Origin: Breznakia sp. PF5-3
Lineage (GTDB): Bacteria > Bacillota_I > Bacilli_A > Erysipelotrichales > Erysipelotrichaceae
NCBI RefSeq assembly: GCF_029504745.1
Contig: NZ_JAQFIQ010000023.1
Location: 1-32,000 of the forward strand
Length of the DNA stretch: 32,000 bases
Direction: 5' to 3'
Made by a program: the position numbers and the translations under genes. The notes beneath the pieces were generated by a model, which was not told where the DNA came from, searched no databases, and saw only the letters and a list, made by a program, of their open reading frames with translations. Below, piece by piece: positions 20,853 to 30,844 of the stretch (its first letter is position 1; every line of letters starts with the position of its first letter).

Positions 20853-21935
20853 TTATTTTCCTTCAACTAAATAAGCTTTTAAAGTATCTTTATCCATTCC
20901 TTGGATGCCAAGTTCTTCTAAGGACCTACCACTTGTCCAACAATCTTGTTCAAGAATGACAGATCCTAAATTTATCATAGAATCCATGATTGGTGTTTGG
21001 ATGTTGTATTGATGAGCAATTTTTGCCCAAGAAGCAAGACCAAAGGGAATGTCTTCAGAATAGTAACGATTTTTTAAATCAGCTGGACCTTTTATTTTAG
21101 CGAAATTTGGATCAGAAGCGATAGCTTCTTTAATACTGTCTGTTTTAATTGTTCCTCCAACGCCATGAGCTGCGATATCTGACTTGTAGCCAAAACTATC
21201 AAGTAAAGAAATCCTTTCTTTATCGATGGCTTCTGTGGCTCTTACCACACAATCACTAAAGCCTTCTGTATAGAAATAGAATTCACCTTTTGCTATTTCA
21301 ATTCTTCCGGCATTCAAAATACACCCAGGTACATGAATGATAGGATTTAAACTAGAAAGGCCACAAGCAATTACACTTTCTATTGGTTCTAGTCCATCAA
21401 ATAATACTGATAAACGATTTACTACTTCCGTAGTTTTATTGGCTGGAATAACACCAACTTTTAGTGGGTTAAAGCGACTCATTACAAGCGATTCCCCTTG
21501 TGTTATCAAACGTGTTGCATAAGGTAGTGTATGCGTTTCTGCAACTTGTACTCCTGTAATCCCTTGTTCTTGAAAAGCTTTCCAAAAAAGAAGAGATCCA
21601 AAAGTTCCAGGTAATACAAAAACAATTTGTCCAGGCTTCACAAGTCTCTTAAGTTTTTCTGCATAAACATTGTGTGCAAAAGCAGGTACAGCAACAAGTA
21701 TAAATTCAACATCTTTAATTGCTTCTTCAAGATTGCTTGTAACCATTGCAATCTCAACATCACCTTCTCCACATGCACCTTTTATTTTGATTGTTTTTGT
21801 ATCAAATACTTTTTTCATGTTTTTCGCAAATCGCTCGTCTTCATACATATGTACTTCAAAACCTTTCATACTAAGGTCTGCAGCAGCGGCATGTCCACCA
21901 TTGCCACCACCAAGTACTGCTATTTTTGTTTTCAT
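20853..21935 (-). CDS. NAD/NADP octopine/nopaline (opine) dehydrogenase family protein
   Basis: N-terminal Rossmann motif IAVLGGGNGGHAAAADL. 360-aa length and overall pattern fit the family. RBS AAGGAG. Confidence 0.75.
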   Translation of the reverse strand: MKTKIAVLGGGNGGHAAAADLSMKGFEVHMYEDERFAKNMKKVFDTKTIKIKGACGEGDVEIAMVTSNLEEAIKDVEFILVAVPAFAHNVYAEKLKRLVKPGQIVFVLPGTFGSLLFWKAFQEQGITGVQVAETHTLPYATRLITQGESLVMSRFNPLKVGVIPANKTTEVVNRLSVLFDGLEPIESVIACGLSSLNPIIHVPGCILNAGRIEIAKGEFYFYTEGFSDCVVRATEAIDKERISLLDSFGYKSDIAAHGVGGTIKTDSIKEAIASDPNFAKIKGPADLKNRYYSEDIPFGLASWAKIAHQYNIQTPIMDSMINLGSVILEQDCWTSGRSLEELGIQGMDKDTLKAYLVEGK

Positions 21936-22132
21936 AAAGTTATACTCCTTTCCTTTATTTTTATTATAAACTGCTTTTTTTGAATAATCGAATTATATAA
22001 TGGAAAAATTATAATTATAAACAATTAAAGAAATCGCTTTTCCTGTTCGAAATATAAACTATGATATAATAGATTTGGTCGAATCATAGGTTATCTATGT
22101 CCAGGGCTTATATGTTGGAAGGAGGTAATACT

Positions 22133-22528
22133 ATGAAGAAACGCATGGTATTGATAGTCTTATTAGGACTATTGGTGGTTGGCTGTACTAGTAATAATAC
22201 AACCACAGAAAAAGAGAAGGATACAGACGTCATAAAAACGGTTGATGAAAACACGGAAGAGTCACAAGAGAATGAAGAAGTCATAAGTGGAATGACACAG
22301 GATGAATTTATAATTTCCACATTTGCATCTTATGGTTATACAACTCCAGATAAAAGTGATTGGATTATAAAGGAAGAAGGAAATGATAAGGTGGCAATTA
22401 TTATTAAGGTGCATGAGGGGAAAGGGAAACCGAATATAAGTAAACTTATCTTTCTTTGGAATGGAAGTAGCGAAGAAGCAACCGTATTATTTGTTATGGT
22501 AAACAATCAACCTATGTATGAAAAATAA
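22133..22528 (+). CDS. Lipoprotein of unknown function
   Basis: Start moved to ATG 22133 (GGAAGGAGG upstream). MKKRMVLIVLLGLLVVGCTS has the lipobox LVVGC. Confidence 0.7.
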   Translation: MKKRMVLIVLLGLLVVGCTSNNTTTEKEKDTDVIKTVDENTEESQENEEVISGMTQDEFIISTFASYGYTTPDKSDWIIKEEGNDKVAIIIKVHEGKGKPNISKLIFLWNGSSEEATVLFVMVNNQPMYEK

Positions 22529-22559
22529 CCCAGTGTTTCGTAAGAAACATTGGGTTTTT
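22527..22559. terminator. Bidirectional terminator
   Basis: AACCCAGTGTTTC-GTAA-GAAACATTGGGTT + TTTT, shared by convergent genes. Confidence 0.7.
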
Positions 22560-23442
22560 AAATGTTAGTTTTATTGATTAATTTAATAAATGTTTCAGCT
22601 GCTGTACTTAATGGAAAATCTCTTTGCTGGATATATCCGATGGAACGGGATGGCAATGGTTGTTTTAATGTAAGTTCTTTAAGTTTGTTTTGTTCAAGGT
22701 AGGATGTTGAGAATTCTTTGATAACACAAGATACACCCAAATTGATACTAGCTAACTGTAATAACAATTCATGGGCTCCAATCTCTATATGTGGATTAAG
22801 ACTAATGTGGGTTTTAAGAAATTCTTCTTCTACAAACAATCTGGAATTTGAATTTTTCTCTAATAAAATTAAAGGAAGTTCAGCGATTTCTTTGCGAGTA
22901 TAACTGTCTTTAATTTCCATTCTTGAGCTACAGACAAAGATATCATGAATGTCTGCACAACTTTGAATATATAAGTCATCATCATGAATCGGTAAATTAG
23001 CGAAGGCTATATCTACCTTACCACTTTTTACTAATGGAATCATTTCGATGGATGTGGCATTGAATACTTGTAGATGAATGTTTGGATAAAGAAAATGAAA
23101 TTGTTCTAGATAAGGAAGAAGGAAATTACTTGTAATTGTGTCGGCAGCACCAATTATTAGACTCCCATCATCTAAACTTTTTAAATTATTAATTTTCTGT
23201 TCTGCTACATCAATGGATTCCATCGCGGATTTTATATAGTCATATAATATTGTTCCTTCTTGTGTTAGCGATATTTTTCGTGAATAGCGATGAAATAGTT
23301 GACACTCTAGATCGTTTTCTAATTGTTTAATGGATTGAGAAACCGCAGATTGAGAAATATAAAGACTTTTAGCGGCATTAGAAAAGGAAAGATTAGTTGC
23401 TACTTCATAAAATATGCGATAATTATCTAGTTTCGTTTTCAT
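22558..23442 (-). CDS. LysR-family transcriptional regulator
   Basis: N-terminal wHTH (FSNAAKSLYISQSAVSQSIKQLENDL) followed by a substrate-binding domain; 294 aa. Confidence 0.9.
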   Translation of the reverse strand: MKTKLDNYRIFYEVATNLSFSNAAKSLYISQSAVSQSIKQLENDLECQLFHRYSRKISLTQEGTILYDYIKSAMESIDVAEQKINNLKSLDDGSLIIGAADTITSNFLLPYLEQFHFLYPNIHLQVFNATSIEMIPLVKSGKVDIAFANLPIHDDDLYIQSCADIHDIFVCSSRMEIKDSYTRKEIAELPLILLEKNSNSRLFVEEEFLKTHISLNPHIEIGAHELLLQLASINLGVSCVIKEFSTSYLEQNKLKELTLKQPLPSRSIGYIQQRDFPLSTAAETFIKLINKTNI

Positions 23443-23552
23443 ATAAGCACCTCTTATAAATATTATATCAAATATTAATTAAACTTATACAATGAATTGT
23501 ACTATAATTATTTTGTAATAAATAGAAAGGTAAGATATTTAATATCTTATAG

Positions 23553-24851
<1,299 letters not shown>

Positions 24852-24924
24852 ATTTTGCATATAGGTTATCGTTCTTATGAAAATACGGTATAATAAGGAT
24901 GAATATTGGAGAGGAGCAGTATAT

Positions 24925-25329
24925 ATGAAAAGGTTTATTGAGGAATTTAAAGAGTTTGCTTTAAAAGGAAATGTGCTAGATATGGCAATTGGGGTAGTAA
25001 TTGGTGGTGCCTTTGGGAAAATTGTGACTTCCCTAGTGAGTGATATCATTACACCGTTAATTTCCATGTTGTTAGATACAGGAGAGATGGCAGATTGGAC
25101 ATTGGTATTAGGAAGTGGATCAGGCGGAGAAGATGTGGTTCTACGTTATGGAGTGTTTCTTCAAAACATAATTGACTTCTTATTGATTACTTTTAGTATT
25201 TTTGTAGCGCTTAGAATCATTTTACGATTTAAACGCAAAAATAAAGAAGAAGTTGTTGAAGAAAAACCACAAAAATCTGAAGAAACCGTATTGTTAGAAG
25301 AAATCAGAGACCTTCTAAAAGACAAGTAA
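24925..25329 (+). CDS. mscL: Large-conductance mechanosensitive channel
   Basis: Start at ATG 24925 (GGAGAGGAG upstream). FKEFALKGNVLDMAIGVVIGGAFGKIV signature. Confidence 0.92.
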   Translation: MKRFIEEFKEFALKGNVLDMAIGVVIGGAFGKIVTSLVSDIITPLISMLLDTGEMADWTLVLGSGSGGEDVVLRYGVFLQNIIDFLLITFSIFVALRIILRFKRKNKEEVVEEKPQKSEETVLLEEIRDLLKDK

Positions 25330-25385
25330 AATTCAGTGTATTAATTGTATTAGTTAATTAATACGGTTGTAAAACACTTTAAAAT

Positions 25386-25410
25386 GGTGGCTATTAAGCC
25401 CCCGTTTTTT
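25386..25410 (+). terminator. Rho-independent terminator
   Basis: GGTGGCT-ATTA-AGCCCCC followed by GTTTTTT. Confidence 0.65.
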
Positions 25411-25439
25411 ATGCTTAATACAATTCACAAAAGCATTAG

Positions 25440-25468
25440 AAAGTCCAGTATTTAAGGGCTTTTTTTTA
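25440..25468 (+). terminator. Second terminator-like hairpin with a long T-run
   Basis: AAGTCC-AGTATTTAA-GGGCTT (one G-U pair) + TTTTTTT. Confidence 0.45.
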
Positions 25469-25550
25469 AATATGTGAAAGTTTGGGATAAGGTTGAGGGA
25501 TTGAACTTAATGTGCTAAAATTGCTATTGTAAAATCAAAGGAGTGAGAAA

Positions 25551-27026
25551 ATGGATTCCAAGAAAAAATTCATAGAACAAATCAATGATTTTAAACAATT
25601 AGGGATTAATAAAATCAATGACACTAAAAATTATTTAGGACCTGTATTTAAAAAAGGTACTGATATATTGATAAAGGCTGTTAGTTCTTGCCTTGTGAAA
25701 GCTGGAGTGGCTTACAAAGAGTTAGAAACATTATGTATTCGTGTTGCTAATGCTTGTGGAGTAAAGGCGGCTGTAGCGTATAAAGAACTTGAACCAGTAG
25801 TTATTAGAGCTGTGAAAAACTTTGCAACTGTAATGCAAACTGGAGCAAAAAATGCTGTGGAACGTATCGAAGCTAAATTTGGGAAGATTCACTTTGACTT
25901 CCGTCACTTTGTAATGACAAGTGGTGTAGCAGTAGTTGTATTTGCATTGACATTCACTGTAACAGGTATGAATCGTTCAAAAGTAAGTGCCGCTGTATTA
26001 GAACCACAAGAAGTTGAAGCATATAACAATGAAGTAATTGAAATCAACTATGGTGATGACAGTGCAATTGTAGATGTTGTGAAAGATATCTTGGCAGATG
26101 ACACAGGAAATGTGAATAATGCAGAAGCTGTTACATTAGCTGATGGATCAGTAGGATACGAAATTGGTAATTATGTAGTAGAAGTTGAACAAGAACCTAC
26201 AAAAGAATTAAAAGAAGATGAAATTACTATTAAAGTTCAAACAAAAGAAACTTATGTAGCTGATGAATTTGGGAAAGTGGAAATTACAGAACCTGAAAAA
26301 GTGAGTGAAAAAGTAGATGGAGCAGTATATACATATAAGTTAGATGTACAATATGTAGATACACAAGCGCCAGTAATTAATTTAAAAACTAATGAAGTTG
26401 AAATTGATGATGTAGATAACTTTAATCCAAAGAAATTTGTTAACACGATTGCAGATAACTACGATGGTGATATTACAAATTATACAATCGATGGAGAAGT
26501 AGAAATTAAAGACGAAGACAGATGGGAACCAGGTGAATATACATTAGTATATAAAGCAAAAGACTCAAATGGAAACGTTGGAGAAGCAAAATTAAAAGTT
26601 ATCGTTAATGAAACAGAAGATGAGGAAGAAGAAGCAGAAGCTACTGAAGTTTCATCAACTGATTACAATACTGATAACGAAGTGAATAGTGCACCTAGTT
26701 ATGAAAATGCAGGTTCTATTGTAGCAGCAGCTATGGCTCAAATTGGTGTTGCTCAAGACTGTACAATGCTAGTAACAAATTCACTTAGAGCAGTTGGAAT
26801 TAACTTCCATAGTGCACCAGCTGGATATATGTCATTAGGTACAATTGTTTCTGTATCAGAAGCACAACCTGGAGATATCATCTACTATGCTGATGGTGGA
26901 GCTGGAGTACCTCATGTTGCGATTTATATCGGTGGTGGACAAGCAGTTCACGGTGGATACATGGGAACTACAAGAGTTGCATCTGCATGGATGGGTTCAG
27001 GATTCGTAGTAATTCGTGTACAATAA
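25551..27026 (+). CDS. Membrane-anchored NlpC/P60 (C40) cell-wall peptidase with an Ig-like (DUF5011-type) middle domain
   Basis: TM segment near residue 125. Middle region DTQAPVINL...DNYDGDIT...EPGEYTLVYKAKDSNGN. C-terminal NlpC/P60 domain with DCTMLV (Cys) and HVAIYIG (His). Confidence 0.85.
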   Translation: MDSKKKFIEQINDFKQLGINKINDTKNYLGPVFKKGTDILIKAVSSCLVKAGVAYKELETLCIRVANACGVKAAVAYKELEPVVIRAVKNFATVMQTGAKNAVERIEAKFGKIHFDFRHFVMTSGVAVVVFALTFTVTGMNRSKVSAAVLEPQEVEAYNNEVIEINYGDDSAIVDVVKDILADDTGNVNNAEAVTLADGSVGYEIGNYVVEVEQEPTKELKEDEITIKVQTKETYVADEFGKVEITEPEKVSEKVDGAVYTYKLDVQYVDTQAPVINLKTNEVEIDDVDNFNPKKFVNTIADNYDGDITNYTIDGEVEIKDEDRWEPGEYTLVYKAKDSNGNVGEAKLKVIVNETEDEEEEAEATEVSSTDYNTDNEVNSAPSYENAGSIVAAAMAQIGVAQDCTMLVTNSLRAVGINFHSAPAGYMSLGTIVSVSEAQPGDIIYYADGGAGVPHVAIYIGGGQAVHGGYMGTTRVASAWMGSGFVVIRVQ

Positions 27027-27031
27027 GAATT

Positions 27032-27057
27032 AAAGGCTTATAAATAAGCCTTTTTTT
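27032..27057 (+). terminator. Rho-independent terminator
   Basis: AAAGGCTTAT-AA-ATAAGCCTTT + TTTT. Confidence 0.8.
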
Positions 27058-27217
27058 ATTGAAAATTTAAAAGCAATTATCTTTCATAATAATAATGCAG
27101 TTGTATTCTTATATGAGATAAGATAATTGTTTTTATTTTCTTATTTTTTTTACTATAAAGGATAGATATTAAAGGGAAAATGAATTATAATTATTAGGAC
27201 GTGCTAAGGAGAATACC

Positions 27218-28483
27218 ATGAAGGAAATTATACAAATCGAAGGTGGACATAAGCTAAGTGGAACCGTTCGTATTTCTGGTTCGAAGAATGCTACAGTTGC
27301 ATTAATTCCAGCTGCTATCTTATCAGATGAACCAGTTACAATTGTAGGTGTACCAGAAATTGCTGATGTTAAATCTTTAAAAATATTATTGGAAGAACTT
27401 GATGTAAAAGTTATTATGAAAGGGACGGATCATATTGTAATTGATTCAAGTGAAATGAAAAACAAACCTATGGATAGTGAGACGGTTACAAAATTAAGAG
27501 CATCTTACTATTTTATGGGAGTTTTATTGACGAAATATAAACGTGTAGCAATTAAGATGCCTGGTGGATGTTATTTAGGTCCTAGACCAATCGATTTGCA
27601 TTTAAAGGGCTTTGAAGCTTTAGGCGCAAGTGTCAGATATGAAGAAGGTTGCTATATTATTGAAGCAGAAGAGTTAATTGGCGATAAGATATTCTTAGAT
27701 ATCTCTAGTGTTGGAGCGACGATTAATATAATGACAGCAGCTATTTTTGCTAAAGGAAAGACAACGATTGAAAATGCTGCCAAAGAACCAGAAATTATTG
27801 ATATTGCAACATTGTTAAATAAGATGGGTGCAAAGATTCGTGGTATGGGAACGAATGTGATTACAATTACTGGTGTGGAGTCATTGCATGGTTGTTTCCA
27901 TGAGATTATTCCAGATCGTATTGAAGCTGCTACATATCTTACCTTAGCTGCTACTGCAGGGAATAATGTAACAATTGAAAATATCATTCCTCAGCATTTA
28001 GATGGATTGATTTCAAAATTAGAAGATATTGGTGTTGATTTAGATGTTGATGTTGATAAAGTTGTGGTTCATGGAAGAAATAAGATACTTAAACCAGTAG
28101 ATATTAAAACGGGACCATATCCAGGGTTTGCTACTGACATGCAACAACCTCTGACAACTCTTTTAACGCAGTGTGAAGGTCAATCAGTGGTAACTGAAAC
28201 AATTTATACAGAACGTTTTAAACATTGTTATGAATTGAATAAGATGGGTGCCAATATTGATGTGATATCTTCAAGTTCATTTGTTAATGGACCAACACCG
28301 CTTACTGGAACAAGTGTAGAAGCAACTGATTTACGTTGTGGTGCTAGTTTGGTAATTGCAGGTTTGATTGCTAAAGGAACAACAGAGATTCATGAAATCT
28401 ATCATATTGAGAGAGGTTATGAAAATATTGTAGGAAAACTTCGCGATCTTGGTGCTGTTATTCGTAAAATAACAGTGGATTAA
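27218..28483 (+). CDS. murA: UDP-N-acetylglucosamine 1-carboxyvinyltransferase
   Basis: GSKNATVALIPAAIL; active-site loop PGGCYLGPRPIDLH with the Cys retained; 421 aa. Confidence 0.95.
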   Translation: MKEIIQIEGGHKLSGTVRISGSKNATVALIPAAILSDEPVTIVGVPEIADVKSLKILLEELDVKVIMKGTDHIVIDSSEMKNKPMDSETVTKLRASYYFMGVLLTKYKRVAIKMPGGCYLGPRPIDLHLKGFEALGASVRYEEGCYIIEAEELIGDKIFLDISSVGATINIMTAAIFAKGKTTIENAAKEPEIIDIATLLNKMGAKIRGMGTNVITITGVESLHGCFHEIIPDRIEAATYLTLAATAGNNVTIENIIPQHLDGLISKLEDIGVDLDVDVDKVVVHGRNKILKPVDIKTGPYPGFATDMQQPLTTLLTQCEGQSVVTETIYTERFKHCYELNKMGANIDVISSSSFVNGPTPLTGTSVEATDLRCGASLVIAGLIAKGTTEIHEIYHIERGYENIVGKLRDLGAVIRKITVD

Positions 28484-28586
28484 GCAATTCGTGTTAAAAT
28501 ACTTGAATTATAATGAAATTATAGTATAATAAATAAGCACTTACTTTAAGCTCGCAAAGAGTTTAAGGCGGAAGGAGATGAATGTT

Positions 28587-28790
28587 ATGAAAAAAGGAAT
28601 ACATCCAGAATATCATAAAATTACAGTTAAATGTTCAACATGTGGAACAGAGTTTGAAACAGGATCTACAGCAAAAGATTTAAAAGTTGATACTTGTTCA
28701 AATTGTCACCCATTCTATACAGGAAGACAACGTTTCGCAGCTGCACAAGGACGTGTAGAGAAGTTTAACAAGAAATACGGTATAAAATAA
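28587..28790 (+). CDS. rpmE: 50S ribosomal protein L31 (Zn-binding type A)
   Basis: Start at ATG 28587 (GAAGGAG 9 nt upstream). [15 protein letters not shown]...[10 protein letters not shown]. Confidence 0.93.
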   Translation: MKKGIHPEYHKITVKCSTCGTEFETGSTAKDLKVDTCSNCHPFYTGRQRFAAAQGRVEKFNKKYGIK

Positions 28791-28826
28791 AGAAAGCAAA
28801 GATGAAAATCTTTGCTTTTTCTTTTT
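28791..28826 (+). terminator. Rho-independent terminator
   Basis: AAAGCAAAGAT-GAAA-ATCTTTGCTTT + T-run. Confidence 0.8.
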
Positions 28827-28906
28827 CATTATAATAAAAATGATTAAAGTATAGAATTATTGAGTAAAATATATTATGCTTAGCTTAAGTAACAATAGGA
28901 GGACTT

Positions 28907-29581
28907 ATGAAATACAAAATAGTTGGAGAACCATTGCCTACCGTTCTTTGTGATTTAGAACCGGGCGAAGTCATGATTAGTGAGAATGGAGGAAGATCTT
29001 GGGTAAAAGGTGATATCACTACCGAAACCAAAGGTGGAGGTGCTGGAAAGATGTTTGGTCGTATGATGAGTGGCGAAAGTTTATTCTTGAGTCATTATAC
29101 AGCTGTAACGCATGCTCAAATAGCATTTTCATCATCATTTCCAGGGTCAATTAGAGCAGTTGAATTAGCATCAGGACAAAGCATTATCTGTCAAAAAACA
29201 GCCTTTTTAGCAGCAACCGAAGGGGTAGAGTTATCAACTTTCATTCAACGTAAGCTAGGAGCTGGATTCTTTGGCGGAGAAGGATTTATAATGCAAAAGG
29301 TTACAGGACCTGGAACGGCATTTATTGAACTTGATGGATACTCTGTTGAATATGATTTAGCTGATGGAGAGAAACTGGTTTGTGATACTGGAGTAGTTTC
29401 TATGATGGATGAGACTTGTAAATTAGAAATTGAAAAAGTAAAAGGTTTAAAGAATAAAGTGTTAGGTGGAGAAGGATTTTTTGACACGGTTGTATATGGT
29501 CCAGGAAAAGTAACAGTACAAACGATGACAGCTGGTGGATTAGCAGCAACATTAATCCCATTTTTACCACAAGGTAAATAA
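28907..29581 (+). CDS. AIM24 / TIGR00266 (DUF124) family protein
   Basis: 224 aa. N-terminal YKIVGEPLPTVLCDLEPGE and repeated GGEGF motifs are typical of the family. RBS AGGAGG. Confidence 0.75.
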   Translation: MKYKIVGEPLPTVLCDLEPGEVMISENGGRSWVKGDITTETKGGGAGKMFGRMMSGESLFLSHYTAVTHAQIAFSSSFPGSIRAVELASGQSIICQKTAFLAATEGVELSTFIQRKLGAGFFGGEGFIMQKVTGPGTAFIELDGYSVEYDLADGEKLVCDTGVVSMMDETCKLEIEKVKGLKNKVLGGEGFFDTVVYGPGKVTVQTMTAGGLAATLIPFLPQGK

Positions 29582-29677
29582 TTGATAAGAAATATCATAA
29601 GAATTAGAAAGAAGATTAATAAAGCGATAAATTTAGAGTGCTTATAATCAAAAAGTAAAAAAATTGATTGTCTAAAT

Positions 29678-29706
29678 AGAAGAGATGGATAAATTCCATC
29701 TTTTTT
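29678..29706 (+). terminator. Rho-independent terminator
   Basis: AGAAGAGATGGA-TAAAT-TCCATCTTTTTT. Confidence 0.7.
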
Positions 29707-29770
29707 AATAAAATGCTTTATAGCGTGGTATAATAATAACGTCGAAATTATCGTGAGAGGAGTTTTATAT

Positions 29771-30844
29771 ATGAGTGCAATGATAGAGCGTTTAGAGAAG
29801 ATAGAACAGCGATATCAAGAAATAAGTGAATTGATGATGAGTCCAGAAGTTTTAAGTGACAACCGACAACTAGCAAAATTGGGGAAAGAACAGTCTTCAA
29901 TTGCACAGGTTGTTGAAACATATTCTCATTTAAAGAGTGTTTTACAAGGAATTGAAGATGCAACGGAACTAGAAAAAGAAAATGATCCTGAAGTGAAGGA
30001 AATGGCAAAGATGGAATTAGAAGAATTGCTTCCTCAAAAGCAGGAGTTACTTGATAAATTGGAAATTTTATTGATTCCCAAAGATCCAGCTGATCAAAAT
30101 AATGCTATCATGGAAATTCGTGGTGCAGCTGGGGGAGATGAAGGAAATATCTTCGCTGGTGATTTGTATAGAATGTATGTGAAATATGCAGAGAGCAAAG
30201 GATGGAAAACGGAAATTATTGAAATGTCGGAAAGTGAAGCAGGTGGTTTCACAAGGGTTGCTTTTATGGTAAAAGGACCTGAAGTATATGGACATTTAAA
30301 ATTTGAGAGTGGTTCTCATCGTGTTCAACGGGTACCTAAAACGGAAACGCAAGGACGCGTACATACTTCTACAGCAACAGTTCTTGTCGATCCAGAGATT
30401 GAAGAAGATGAAATTGATATTGATCCTAATGATTTAGAAATTGATACAATGCGTGCAAGTGGAGCTGGAGGACAGCATGTTAACAAAACGGATTCTGCAG
30501 TTCGTGTAACACATATTCCAACAGGGATATCAGTAAAGTGTCAGGATGGACGAAGCCAGCATGAAAATCGTGCTACTGCATTGATGACGATTCGTGCAAA
30601 GGTATATACAGAGATGAAGCGCAAAGAGGAAGAAGAACGTAATGCAGAGCGGAAAAGTAAACTTGGAACAGGGGATCGAAGTGAAAAAATCCGTACATAC
30701 AATTATCCTCAAAACCGTGTAACTGATCATCGTATTGGTTTAACATTACAACAACTTGATCGTATTATGGAAGGAAAGCTTGATGATGTTATCAATGCCC
30801 TTCTTGAACAAGATCAAAAGGATAAACTTGCAGGTAATGCATAA
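29771..30844 (+). CDS. prfA: Peptide chain release factor 1
   Basis: Start at ATG 29771 (GAGAGGAG upstream). RVQRVPKTETQGRVHTS (PxT motif) and SGAGGQHVNKTDSAVR (GGQ). Confidence 0.95.
   Translation: MSAMIERLEKIEQRYQEISELMMSPEVLSDNRQLAKLGKEQSSIAQVVETYSHLKSVLQGIEDATELEKENDPEVKEMAKMELEELLPQKQELLDKLEILLIPKDPADQNNAIMEIRGAAGGDEGNIFAGDLYRMYVKYAESKGWKTEIIEMSESEAGGFTRVAFMVKGPEVYGHLKFESGSHRVQRVPKTETQGRVHTSTATVLVDPEIEEDEIDIDPNDLEIDTMRASGAGGQHVNKTDSAVRVTHIPTGISVKCQDGRSQHENRATALMTIRAKVYTEMKRKEEEERNAERKSKLGTGDRSEKIRTYNYPQNRVTDHRIGLTLQQLDRIMEGKLDDVINALLEQDQKDKLAGNA

Noticed and set aside
21337-21983. Plus-strand ORFs 21337..21522, 21627..21983 and 21670..21969.
   Set aside because: They are shadow frames of the opine-dehydrogenase-family gene on the minus strand. 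Their translations are Cys/Phe/Ser-rich with no recognisable domains.
30335-30343. RF1 tripeptide reads PKT rather than the textbook PAT.
   Set aside because: The motif is defined as P-x-T with a variable middle residue, so PKT is within the known definition and not evidence of altered stop-codon recognition.
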